Assembly (NCBI GenBank): GCA_963810095.1
Contig: CAWEMM010000010.1
Location: forward strand, 1-64,000
Length of the DNA stretch: 64,000 nucleotides
Origin: an uncultured Chloroflexia bacterium
Lineage (GTDB): Bacteria; Chloroflexota; Anaerolineae; CG2-30-64-16
Direction: 5' to 3'
The notes under the pieces were generated by a model, which was given only the letters and a program-made list of their open reading frames with translations, was not told the origin of the DNA and did no database searches. The stretch's first letter is position 1, and every line of letters begins with the position of its first letter. This document shows, one piece after another, positions 32,795-42,458 of the stretch. Both the position numbers and the translations under genes were made by a program.

Positions 32795-32936
32795 AATAGG
32801 ACGCTGATTCAACTGATTGGACTGATTTTCCTGATCTTTTTTAGATAATTGGTTCTATTTTATCACACGTCGCCAAATCTTTCAGCCGATCCGGCCGTGC
32901 TATAATCAGTTCGATCAGTCCGATCAGCGTCCCATT
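32795..32936. repeat. AATAGGAC-CTGAT element, copy 4 (long, contains divergent promoters)
   Basis: aataggacgctgat / atcagcgtcccatt; internal TGCTATAAT (+, 32898-32906) and TGATAAAAT (-, 32857-32865). Confidence 0.8.
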
Positions 32937-32959
32937 CGCCGTCCCATCTAGGAGCAACC

Positions 32960-34579
32960 TTGAGCGCGCTTCTTCAAGAGCAAATGCTTGTCCTGTTCGC
33001 CATCCTGGCCCTCGGGTCGTGGCTGGGCAGCTTGTCGCTGCGCGGCGTTTCGCTGGGTACGGCGGCAGTGTTCTTCGTTGGGCTTGCGTTCGGGCACTTC
33101 GGCATGAGCGTCCCCCGCCCCATCATGGACCTGGGTTTGCTGCTGTTCGTCTATGCAGTGGGTTTGCAGGCGGGGCCCCGCTTCTTCCGCACGTTCCGCC
33201 GGCAGGGTCGCGAGTTCGTCATCGTTGCCGCGGCAGCGATCCTCGCCGCGGGCATCGTGACCATCCTGATGGCCCGGCTCTTTGGCATGTCGTGGGCGCT
33301 GGCCGCGGGCATGTTCACCGGCGCGCTGACAAATACGCCCGCCCTAGCCAGCACCATGGACGCAGTTGGCCGGATCGACCCGGCCCAGTCTGCAGCCGTC
33401 CTCGTCGGCTACGGCATCGCTTACCCGTTCAGCATCGTGGGCGTCACCCTGCTGATCCCGATTCTCCCGAAGCTGCTCCGCCGTACGGTCGACGATGCGG
33501 AGCGCGACTGGTGCAACAGCCAGGCGGGCGAGCGGACCAGCCTGAGCAAGAAGCAGTTCCGGGTGGTCAACGCCAACCTGGAGGGGAAGCGGCTGGGCGA
33601 GTTGGACACGCACCGCCTGAGCCAGGTCAACATCTCGCGCGTGCAGCATGACGGCCAGGTCGTCACGGGTACACCCGACGTCTTCCTGCACGTGGGCGAC
33701 GTCATTCTGGCCGTCGGCGCGGACGAGGAACTGGAGAAGCTGCGCGTGCTGGTGGGCCAGGAAGTGCAGATCGAGATGGCGGCGAACACGCACACGGTGA
33801 GCCGCGAGATGTTCGTGACCGAGGAGAAACTCGCCGGCAAGCGGTTGATGGACCTGCACGTGTGGGACCGCTACGCCGTCATCGTCACGCGCATTCGCCG
33901 GGCGGGCGTGGAGATCACGCCCGTCGGCACCAGCACGCTGGAACTCGGCGACACGCTGCGGGTCGTGGGCGACGATGCGGCATTGAGCGAATTCGGCCGG
34001 CTGGTGGGCGGCAACACCCGCAAAATCGACGAGACGAACATGGTGCCGTTCCTCATCGGCATCCTGCTCGGCATCCTCGTCGGCTTGATTCCGATCCCCC
34101 TGCCCAACGGCCTCTCCATCAAGCTGGGAGCGGCGGGTGGTGCGCTGCTCGTCAGCCTGTTGCTGGGGCACTTCGGCCGCATCGGCCCGTTCCCGTTGTA
34201 CGTGCCGGTCGCAGCGCGTAACATCTCGCGCGAGCTGGGCCTGATGCTGTTCCTGGCCGGGGCGGGCGCCAATGCCGGGGGGCAGCTGCTGAAGGTGATC
34301 CAGGAGCAGGGCGGCGGGGTGTTCCTGGCCGGCGCTGCGATCACACTCGCCGCCGTCCTCGTCGCAGTGATCGTGACGCACTTGATCTACAAGATGAATC
34401 TGCTCTCGGTGCTCGGCCTGACCAGCGGCGTGATGACCAATCCACCCGCGCTGGCAGCCTCGGTAAACCAGACCGCTACCGACGTCCCCGCTGTCACCTA
34501 CGCGAGCGCGTATCCCGTCGTGCTGATCTTCAAAATCCTGGTTGCCCAGCTGCTGGTGGTCGTCCTGAGGCTGACGTGA
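32960..34579 (+). CDS. AspT/YidE/YbjL family transporter with two TrkA-C domains
   Basis: FVYAVGLQAGP, GALTNTPAL, RELGLMLFLA, GVMTNPPAL duplicated membrane domains. Confidence 0.92.
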   Translation: MSALLQEQMLVLFAILALGSWLGSLSLRGVSLGTAAVFFVGLAFGHFGMSVPRPIMDLGLLLFVYAVGLQAGPRFFRTFRRQGREFVIVAAAAILAAGIVTILMARLFGMSWALAAGMFTGALTNTPALASTMDAVGRIDPAQSAAVLVGYGIAYPFSIVGVTLLIPILPKLLRRTVDDAERDWCNSQAGERTSLSKKQFRVVNANLEGKRLGELDTHRLSQVNISRVQHDGQVVTGTPDVFLHVGDVILAVGADEELEKLRVLVGQEVQIEMAANTHTVSREMFVTEEKLAGKRLMDLHVWDRYAVIVTRIRRAGVEITPVGTSTLELGDTLRVVGDDAALSEFGRLVGGNTRKIDETNMVPFLIGILLGILVGLIPIPLPNGLSIKLGAAGGALLVSLLLGHFGRIGPFPLYVPVAARNISRELGLMLFLAGAGANAGGQLLKVIQEQGGGVFLAGAAITLAAVLVAVIVTHLIYKMNLLSVLGLTSGVMTNPPALAASVNQTATDVPAVTYASAYPVVLIFKILVAQLLVVVLRLT

Positions 34580-34622
34580 CGCCGGTTCGGGCGTGCGCCG
34601 GGGAAGCCGCGTCCTGATGTCC

Positions 34623-35276
34623 TCAGTGCTCGAACTCCTTGATCTCCAGGTCGGCGATCATCGCGGCACAGATTTTGCGGTGCATCGACGGTTTGCCTGA
34701 CACGTACCACAGCAGGACAATGGAGTCCTTGCCCTTGGTGATGCCGTCCTCCCGCACCTTCAAACCCGCGTCGACAAATGCCTTTTTAAGTGCGATGGGC
34801 TTGGCGGGGTCGAGTATGGTAGTGATCTTGTAGGACTTGAAGGCTGTGGCGCGCTGGAAGACACGCTCGAATGCAGGCAAGACGCTCAGGACGAACATGA
34901 CGAGCACGGTGGCCAGCGCTGTAAAGAGGACCGCGCCCAGGCCCATGCCCACGCCGAGCGCAGCCGCGACCCAGATCGTCGACGCAGTGGTCAGGCCAAC
35001 CACCTGTCCGCGACGTTGCAGGATGACGCCCGCACCGAGAAAGCCGACGCCGGTCACGATTTGAGCGGCCACGCGGCCGCCTTCGTTGGGGATGCGTTGG
35101 GAGACGATGACGAAGAGGGCGGCGCCGACACAGATCAACGTGATCGTGCGCATCCCCGCGGATTTGTCGTGATACTCGCGCTCTGCGCCAAGTGCAAGGC
35201 CGGCCAGAAAAGCGGCCACAAGCCGGATCAGGTCGTTCCCGTCAAGCACGACCAAGTGCTGCCAACCCATACTCAA
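34623..35276 (-). CDS. MgtC/SapB family membrane protein
   Basis: GAERE..K.AGMRT, RVAAQIVTGVGFLGAG, GLTTASTIW. Confidence 0.92.
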   Translation of the reverse strand: MSMGWQHLVVLDGNDLIRLVAAFLAGLALGAEREYHDKSAGMRTITLICVGAALFVIVSQRIPNEGGRVAAQIVTGVGFLGAGVILQRRGQVVGLTTASTIWVAAALGVGMGLGAVLFTALATVLVMFVLSVLPAFERVFQRATAFKSYKITTILDPAKPIALKKAFVDAGLKVREDGITKGKDSIVLLWYVSGKPSMHRKICAAMIADLEIKEFEH

Positions 35277-35325
35277 TCCTCTACCCGATACAACCCTGGG
35301 CGCCCTATTCGATACACTGATCCGA

Positions 35326-35421
35326 AATAGGACACTGATGCAACCGATTGAACTGATTTACACTGTCCTTAGGGACAAGGATCGTGTTGATCAGTCGAAT
35401 CCGTTCAATCAGCGTCCTGTT
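35326..35421. repeat. AATAGGAC-CTGAT element, copy 5
   Basis: aataggacactgat / atcagcgtcctgtt. Confidence 0.85.
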
Positions 35422-35459
35422 TCATCCCTCGCTGCCCAGCAGCGCGGGGTGAGGGTGGG

Positions 35460-36719
35460 CTAGCCCGACTGGCTGTCTGCCTCCCGGATCAAGTCCTCCG
35501 CGTATTGCAGCAGCAGCTTCCTGCGCGCGTCGTCGACTGTCCGCGTCTCGAAGTACCGGTCCAGCATTTGCACCGGGGTGAGTGCCTCCACCGACACCCC
35601 GCCCAGCCGGTCGCGCGCCTGCCGCTGCACGTCGCGCTGGATCGTCGCCACGTCGTACGCGTCCTTGAGCGCGAGCTTGACGTCCCGGTCGATCAGGCGC
35701 AGCTCCTGCGACTCGTCCAGCACGATCTGCAGCCGGACGACCGTCTCGGACAGGTCGCCGGCGGCTTCGATCCGTCTGACAACCTCCCCCGTCGGGTCGT
35801 CCTCGTCGCGCACATCCACCTTGATTGTCCGAAAAGGACGAGGGCGCCGGCGGTATTGTTCCTGGAACTCCCAGATCGTCTGCCCTTCCCCGATGGTCGC
35901 GACGACCCAGCCCTTGGGCTCGCGTTCCTCGCCGAAGTCGATTCGTTCGGGGCTGCCGCTGAAGATAATGGGCGGCTGTTCGTCACGGTTCAAGCTCTGG
36001 TGCTTGTGGATGTGGCCCAATGCCACGTAGCGCCAGGCAGGGTCGGCCAGGGCGGCGCTCCGGTCGACCGCCACGTCACGGCCCACCATGATGTTGCGTT
36101 CGGAGCCGTGCGACGCCTCGTCCACGCTGAAGTGACCGACGAGGATTGCCGGCGTGTCCGGGTCCTGCCGTGCGTGGTGTGCGAGGTCCATGATGCGGGC
36201 AGTGAGCCGCTCGCTCAGCAGCCGGTCCAGCTCCTCGACGCTCTTGCCCTCACCCTCCTCGCGCGCGATATGATCCTGGCGCAGCGGGTAGGGCGCAGTG
36301 GCCACCTGGAGCTTCTGCCCCCGGCGGCAGGTGATCGTCCTGAGGGTGTAATCCGCGCCCACATACACGTTAGGCACTTGCAAGGTGTCGAAAATGCTGA
36401 TGGAGGTTGCGCGGCGCTGCACAGGCGGCAGGTCGTGGTTGCCCACCAGGAGCACGACCGGAATCCCTGCGTCCGCGACGGTTTTGATCCGACGGGCGAA
36501 CTCGCGCTGAAAGGTCGGATTCGGGTCGCGCATCTTGTACGCGTCGCCGGCAAAGACGAAGACGTCGACGCCCTCCTCGATGGCGTAGTCGGCCATGTCG
36601 GAGAGACGGCGCAGGAAGTCCATGACGCGGCCGTGGATCCCCGTATCCGGGTCCATCCGCCCGTAGTTCTCCATGCCGACGTGCAGGTCGGCCGTGTGCA
36701 ATAGCTTGATTGGTTGCAT
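35460..36719 (-). CDS. sbcD: SbcD/Mre11 nuclease
   Basis: HTADLH, FAGD, GNHD, ALGHIH, SGSPERIDFGE phosphoesterase motifs. Confidence 0.93.
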   Translation of the reverse strand: MQPIKLLHTADLHVGMENYGRMDPDTGIHGRVMDFLRRLSDMADYAIEEGVDVFVFAGDAYKMRDPNPTFQREFARRIKTVADAGIPVVLLVGNHDLPPVQRRATSISIFDTLQVPNVYVGADYTLRTITCRRGQKLQVATAPYPLRQDHIAREEGEGKSVEELDRLLSERLTARIMDLAHHARQDPDTPAILVGHFSVDEASHGSERNIMVGRDVAVDRSAALADPAWRYVALGHIHKHQSLNRDEQPPIIFSGSPERIDFGEEREPKGWVVATIGEGQTIWEFQEQYRRRPRPFRTIKVDVRDEDDPTGEVVRRIEAAGDLSETVVRLQIVLDESQELRLIDRDVKLALKDAYDVATIQRDVQRQARDRLGGVSVEALTPVQMLDRYFETRTVDDARRKLLLQYAEDLIREADSQSG

Positions 36720-36774
36720 AACCTGTCCTGTTTGGGTGTGGCGGACGAAGTCAGCCACCCGCCCAAACGATGCG

Positions 36775-38541
36775 CTAATCGAATCCCGCGAAATTGGGGT
36801 TGCGGCCGGTGACCTTGTCCAGCGTGACCAGTTCCGCCGCGCGTTCGCCTGCGTCGCGGAAGCCCATGGCCCGGTAGAAATCCATGTCGTAGCGCCGCGT
36901 TTGCACCACTACGGGCATCGGCACCGCGTGGCCGAGGATCAGCGCCTGCTCCCGGGTGTCGAGCCGCGCCAGTACTTCCTTCAGCCCGGCTGCGCCGCTC
37001 ACGCCCGACAGCACGGCTTTAATGTCGCTCTCGTCGTCGAGCAGCATGGTGACGCGGGTCCCGATCTGCGACATGACCTCCGGGTCGATGCCGGATGGGC
37101 GCTGGTCGACGATGAAGAGCGTGACGTTGTACTTGCGCAGCTCGCGCGCAATGGTGCCGAAGATCGTGTTGCCCGCAATGGCCGGATCGAGGAACTTGTG
37201 CGCTTCTTCGATGGTGATGACGAGCGGTGTGGGCTCCTTGCCCGACTCGCCGAAGGCGGCTTCCTTCTTCTTAACGTACTGCTGGTGAATGCGCCGGGTC
37301 AGGAAGTTCGCGACGAAGATGTACGCGCTCAGGTCGGACCCGTAGCGGCCGAACTCAAGCACGACGTTCTTCCCCTGCTCCAGGTATTCGAGGATGCGCC
37401 CGACCGAGTCGTCGTGGGGCTTCTTCGTTAGAAAGCTGTAGGTTTGCATGCGCTCGAAACGGCGGCGCAAGGCTGCCAGCGTCTGCTGTCCCTGCCCCAG
37501 GTCCTCCGCCAGGGCTTTCAGGCCCTTGATCTCTTTGCCGGTCTCCGGGTCGAAGTCGCCGTACGCGTCCACCCAGTCGTCGTCAAGGAAGTCCTTGAGC
37601 CAATTTCGGCCGAACTTACGGTACATCGCGTAGACCGCGCCCACCTGCGGCTCGCTCAGGTTGAGGATGCCGGACAGCATTTCGAGGTCCTCGGGCACCA
37701 CCTGGTCGTACCCGATCGCAATCACCTGGTCGGGGTTCGACTTGCGCCGGCGCGACGATTCGTCGTCCAGCGTGAAGATGCTCACCTTGCCCGGGAAGAT
37801 CTGCTTGAGCCCCTTAACCTTGCTGATGTCCTCGGAGCTGCCCTCCCAGCCGTACTCATTGTGCATGTCGAAGATCAGGTTAACCGCGACATTCTCACGG
37901 ATCGCCCCGGCCAGCAGCAAGCGCGAGAGGAACGTCTTGCCGGTGCCCGACTTGCCGAAGACGCCCGAAGAGCGCTCCACCAGGCGCTCCAGGCTCAGCG
38001 TGATTTGTACGCCTTCCATGTCGAGCGGCGCGCCGATGTGGAAGTAGTGCACCTTCTTCGTGCCCTCCTTCCGCTCGCCCTCGGGCCCGAAAACCTGGTC
38101 GACCTCGGCCTGGCTCGCGGTCGAGACGGGCGTGAAGTGCTCGGGCACGGTTTTGACCGGCTTCGGCTCGGGACTGTCGCCGTTCTCCAGAACCAGCAGC
38201 GGGCTCAGGTGCACGGTGCCGAACGTCGTGGTGCCGCGGTAAATCTCGGCGATGAAAGCGTCACTGTAGTCGGGCGGCTGCTTAGTGATCTCGGGATTGG
38301 TCGCGTCGAGCGCCACGTCCGTAATCATGCTGAAGAAGCGCCGCGCCCGGCCGCGCGCAACGACATAGCGTCCGACGGCAAGATCCTCGATGGAGACGGC
38401 CCGGTCCAGCTTGACCGCCAGCCCCTCTGACAGCGAGCCGCCGATCACCACGCCCAACTGGTCGCGCGCGTCCGCGACGACCTGACGCTCGGCCACTTCC
38501 TCGTTGCGTGACTTCAGACTATCGAATGAGTTGTCGTCCAT
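36775..38541 (-). CDS. herA: HerA-family ATPase/translocase (HAS barrel + DUF87)
   Basis: Walker A GKSGTGKT, FDMHNEY, Walker B IEEAH, RELRKY, DQRPS; GAGGAG RBS before ATG 38541. Confidence 0.9.
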   Translation of the reverse strand: MDDNSFDSLKSRNEEVAERQVVADARDQLGVVIGGSLSEGLAVKLDRAVSIEDLAVGRYVVARGRARRFFSMITDVALDATNPEITKQPPDYSDAFIAEIYRGTTTFGTVHLSPLLVLENGDSPEPKPVKTVPEHFTPVSTASQAEVDQVFGPEGERKEGTKKVHYFHIGAPLDMEGVQITLSLERLVERSSGVFGKSGTGKTFLSRLLLAGAIRENVAVNLIFDMHNEYGWEGSSEDISKVKGLKQIFPGKVSIFTLDDESSRRRKSNPDQVIAIGYDQVVPEDLEMLSGILNLSEPQVGAVYAMYRKFGRNWLKDFLDDDWVDAYGDFDPETGKEIKGLKALAEDLGQGQQTLAALRRRFERMQTYSFLTKKPHDDSVGRILEYLEQGKNVVLEFGRYGSDLSAYIFVANFLTRRIHQQYVKKKEAAFGESGKEPTPLVITIEEAHKFLDPAIAGNTIFGTIARELRKYNVTLFIVDQRPSGIDPEVMSQIGTRVTMLLDDESDIKAVLSGVSGAAGLKEVLARLDTREQALILGHAVPMPVVVQTRRYDMDFYRAMGFRDAGERAAELVTLDKVTGRNPNFAGFD

Positions 38542-38570
38542 GTCTCCTCGTAGGTTGTTCCATGCATCTG

Positions 38571-39375
38571 TCACGCGTCCTTCACCAGGTGCACCTTCGT
38601 ATACGCAAGCCGGAATCCCAACCGTTCGACGTTCCGCTGCGAGCCGCTGCCCGGCTCGGTGTGGACGATGGCCAGGCTGCAGCCGAGGCGTTGGGCCTCG
38701 GCCAGGCGGCTGGCGAGCAGCGCGCTCTGTACGCCCCGGTTGCGAAAGGACGGCCGGGTGCTCGCACCAAACATCTCGGCCAGCCCCTCGTCCACACACA
38801 GCGTCGCCGCGCCGGCCGCTTCCCCGTCGACCCAGGCGAGATAACACGTCGTGTGCGCCATGTACGGATAGGCGGCAATGACTGCCGTGCGGCCCGGCTC
38901 GGCTTCTTCGCTGTCCAGTCCACCCTTGAACGCCACCCTCGTCCAGAGCGTCGCCTCGTCGTAGTTGGCGGGGCAGATGATAATCCCCTTCGGCAGGTGG
39001 AAATCTTCGGTCGGGCTGATCTCGCGCACCCACGTGTGCATGAACATGTCGATCCGATAGCGCCCGCCGGCAAGGCATCGCAGCAGCGAGCGGTCGGCGA
39101 GCGGACAGAGGCTGACCTGGGGCGTGACGCCGTAGTTGGCGAAGAATGCCTCGATGCGTTCGAACTCGGGCTCGGAGACCGGGCCGTGCAGCCCGATCCC
39201 GACGGCGCGGTTGTAGGGCGAACCGCGGCCCGGCATACACGGCCACCCCGCCCGCCACCGTCAGGACGGCCGGGTTGACCTCGGCCATGACACAGGGACG
39301 CGCGCGGGCATAAGCGGCATACTTGGCCGCCTCCGCTGCTTCCAGCCGCCGGGCGAGATCAAGATCTGCAAACAT
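38571..39375 (-). CDS. GNAT family acetyltransferase (frameshift near 39230)
   Basis: ASTRPSFRNRGVQ acetyl-CoA motif, SQRNVERLGF; N-terminus MFADLDLARRLE lies in a different frame. Confidence 0.85.
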
Positions 39376-39381
39376 GGGCCG

Positions 39382-39476
39382 AATTGGACACTGATTGGAT
39401 TGATGCAACTGATTGACGAGATCCCCTTTTTGAGGACGATGTAAATCAGTCAAACGGGTTCAACCTGCGTCCTATG
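39382..39476. repeat. AATAGGAC-CTGAT element, copy 6
   Basis: aattggacactgat / cctgcgtcctatg; inside the nurA-herA gene run. Confidence 0.8.
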
Positions 39477-40975
39477 AGCTCCTCCCGTACTTCGACCGCA
39501 AGTAGTTCATGTACGGCTCGATGCGTCAGGTCGCTGCCCGTGACACGCCGGACCAACTCAGCGGCGGTGTACTTCGAGCCGTACTGGTAGATGTTCTCGC
39601 GCAGCCAGCCGAGCAGCGTGTCGAAGCGGCCCGCGCGCATCTGGCCCGGAATCTCCGGGTGCGCGGCGAGCGCGCGGTCGTAGAACATCGCGCTCATGAT
39701 GTTGCCGAGGGTATAGCCCTGGAACACGCCACCGATGCGGAAGCCGTACCAATGGACGTCCTGCAGGCAGCCGTCCCGGTCGTCGGGCGGCTCGATACCG
39801 AGGTCACGCTTGTACGCCGCGTTCCACGCGTCAGGCAGGTCTTTCACCGCCAGCCGGCCCTCGAGCATGTCGGCTTCCAGGCCAAAGCGGATCATCACGT
39901 GCAAATTGTAGGTGAGTTCATCCGCGTCCGTCCGGATCAGCGAGCGCTGGACCTTGTTGATCGCACGATGGAAGGCGTCGACCGGCACCCCGCCCAACTG
40001 CTGCGGGAATACCTGCTGGAGGCGGGGGTAGTAGAAGTGCCAGAAGTCCAGGCTGCGGCCGACCAGGTTCTCCCACAGCCGCGACTGGCTCTCGTGCACC
40101 CCGGACGATGTCCCGCCGCCGAGCGGCGTCGCTTCGAACGCGGGGTTGACCCCTTGCTCGTACATCGCATGGCCGCATTCATGGATCGTGCTGAAGAGCG
40201 CGTCGCCCAGGTCGTGCTCCTTGACGCGGGTAGTGATGCGAACGTCGCCCTGAGAGAAGCTCGTGGTGAATGGATGCGCGGCCCGGTCGAGGCGGCCGCG
40301 TTCGAAGTCGTATCCGATCCCGCGTGCGACCTCCAGCCCAAATGCCCATTGCTCGGGGTCGGCGTAAGTCTGCTTGAGGAACGTATCGTCGACCGGCCCG
40401 GCCGCCAGCACGGCCTCGACGAGCGGAACAAGCTCCTTGCGAAGCTGCTCGAACAGCGGGCGAATGGTGCGGACGTTCATCCCGAAGTCGGCCTCGTCGA
40501 TCAAGGGGTCCATGACGTGATCGTAGGGCGCGAAGTAGCCCGCGTACTGCCGTGTCAGGTCGAGCGTCTTCTCCAGCAGCGGGCGGACGGATGCAAAGTT
40601 ATTCGCCGGCCGCGCGGCTTCCCACGCCTGGAAGGTCTCGTTGCTATGAGCGTACATCTGGGCGACGAACGCGGAGGGAACCTTAACCGCTCGCTCGTAC
40701 ACCCGCCGGGCAACGCGCAGCAGCGCCGCGTCGTCGTGGTCGTACGGCAGGTTCTCGCCGTACGGCTGGAGCGCGTCGAGGAGGCGGCCGAATTGGGGAT
40801 CGGTCAGCTTCTCGTGCGCCAGCCGGCCCACCAATGCCGCCTGTCGCGCCCGGGCGGGCCCACCGCCGTGCGGCATGAGCGTCTGCTGGTCCCAGTCGAG
40901 CAGCGCGCCGACGGACCCCAGGTCCTGATACTCTGCGTACAGGGTTTTGAGCTCTGCCAGTCTTTCTTCCATCAT
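39472..40975 (-). CDS. Carboxypeptidase M32 (Taq-type); probable frameshift near 39523
   Basis: LLDWDQQT, HPF, DVRITTR, HECGH (HEXXH), HESQSR, IRTDADE, GCLQDVHW; usual C-terminus IEPYMNYLRSKY is in the shifted frame ending at TAG 39472. Confidence 0.92.
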
Positions 40976-41757
40976 CAGCTCGTCTTCCGGTGTGCCATGC
41001 TCGCGGTCGCCTGCGCGGTCGCCAGCAGCAGGATGTCTTGCACATTCACGTGGGGCGGCCGGGTGACGGCCCAGACGATCGAATCGGCGACGTCTTCAGG
41101 GGCCAGGGGCTGGAGGCCCTGGTAGACTTTCTGGGCGCGCTCCTCATCCCCGTGGAAGCGCACGAGGCTGAACTCCGTCTCGACCATGCCGGGCTCGACG
41201 TTGGTCACCCGGATGCCCGTGCCCAGCAAGTCGATTTTCATCGCCCGGCTGATCATCGCGACGGCGGCCTTGCTGCCGCAGTACACGGCCCCGCCCGCGT
41301 AGGGGTCTCGGCCGGCGACCGACCCGATGTGCACCACGTGGCCCCGGCCCCGCTGCACCATGCCGGGCAGGATGGCCCGCGTCACGTAGAGCAGGCCCTT
41401 CACGTTCGTGTCGATCATTTCGTCCCAGTCGTCAATCAACCCCTCTTGCAGCGGGTTCAGCCCGCGCGACAGCCCGGCATTATTCACGAGGATGTCGATG
41501 GCCTGCCATTCGGGGGGCAGGTTGCCGAGCTTCTCGCTCACGTCTGCTTCCTGCCTGACATCGAGCGTGACCAGCAGGCATTCCGTACCGTGCTCATCCT
41601 TGAGCTTCTGGGCGAGTTCCTGCAGCCGCTCCGTGCGGCGGGCGGCGAGAATCAGCCGTGCGCCTTCGCCCGCCAATGCGGCGGCGGTAGCCGCGCCGAT
41701 GCCCGAGCTGGCGCCGGTTACCAGGGCCGTTTGACCTTTGATCGACAATGATCGCAT
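40975..41757 (-). CDS. Short-chain dehydrogenase/reductase (YdfG-like)
   Basis: TGASSGIG, NNAG, YCGSK, PGMVETEFS. Confidence 0.92.
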   Translation of the reverse strand: MRSLSIKGQTALVTGASSGIGAATAAALAGEGARLILAARRTERLQELAQKLKDEHGTECLLVTLDVRQEADVSEKLGNLPPEWQAIDILVNNAGLSRGLNPLQEGLIDDWDEMIDTNVKGLLYVTRAILPGMVQRGRGHVVHIGSVAGRDPYAGGAVYCGSKAAVAMISRAMKIDLLGTGIRVTNVEPGMVETEFSLVRFHGDEERAQKVYQGLQPLAPEDVADSIVWAVTRPPHVNVQDILLLATAQATASMAHRKTS

Positions 41758-41831
41758 GCGTTCCTGCTCCTTGGGCTATGCAGTTCCCGAAGGGAAGCTG
41801 CCAACGCCAACGGCCTCCGGCCGTTGGCGCT

Positions 41832-42434
41832 TTATCGCAACTGCCCCAGTATACCGTCGAGGCGGGATAAATCCAACGCTAACAGCTTTGCGAGCTCTCG
41901 GCCCGCGCTCACCAGGTACTGCTCGCGTTCCATGTTGGTGGGTCGCGCTTCGGCGGCGAGGCGCAGGGCGGCGACGATGATCTGGTCGACCGGCGCGTTG
42001 AACGCAGGGAGCACGAGCCGCAGCCAGTCATGCCGCTCGGTAAACCCGCGGGTTTCCGCCTTGCCGCACGTGAAGATCTCGTCCAGGGTGCGGGGCGGCT
42101 GAGGCGGCAAGCGATGGAAGTAGCGGCCGCCATCGCCGTGTCCCACGACGATCACGTCGACCACGATGGGCACCTGGCGCTTCTGGCGCTGATCCTCGAT
42201 GATCTCCGCGCTTTCCACCCCGGCCGCCACCAGCTGCCGGACGAACGCGTCGTCTTCGATCGTCACGTTGCAGGTCATGCCGTAGACGACCTGCTCGCCG
42301 CTGCCCTTGGCCTTTAGCAGCGCGCCGAGCTTGGGCGTCATCTTGTCCTGCTCGGCGATGAGCTGCCGGCAGCCGACGGTAAAGTTGGCCGTGCTCGAGC
42401 GCAGCACCCTTCCGACCTGGTATTCTCCGTCCAT
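41832..42434 (-). CDS. Stand-alone HAS-barrel-like protein associated with NurA/HerA
   Basis: VGRVLRSST..F, P.LGALLK, LPPQPP pattern; directly downstream of nurA. Confidence 0.7.
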   Translation of the reverse strand: MDGEYQVGRVLRSSTANFTVGCRQLIAEQDKMTPKLGALLKAKGSGEQVVYGMTCNVTIEDDAFVRQLVAAGVESAEIIEDQRQKRQVPIVVDVIVVGHGDGGRYFHRLPPQPPRTLDEIFTCGKAETRGFTERHDWLRLVLPAFNAPVDQIIVAALRLAAEARPTNMEREQYLVSAGRELAKLLALDLSRLDGILGQLR

Positions 42435-42458
42435 GCTTTCTCCGCGTCCACCAGCCTG

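Noticed and set aside
36775-38541. HerA as part of an anti-phage system (Sir2-HerA, HerA-DUF4297)
   Set aside because: Neighbours are NurA, a HAS-barrel protein and Mre11, the repair context; no Sir2 or defence nuclease partner seen
36775-39453. 892-aa ORF suggesting an N-terminally extended HerA or GNAT-HerA fusion
   Set aside because: Artefact of the GNAT frameshift near 39230 plus read-through of a GC-rich off-frame; HerA has its own GAGGAG RBS and ATG at 38541
12351-39476. Dispersed AATAGGAC repeats as a CRISPR array
   Set aside because: Copies are kilobases apart, degenerate and lack repeat-spacer periodicity; no cas genes in the window
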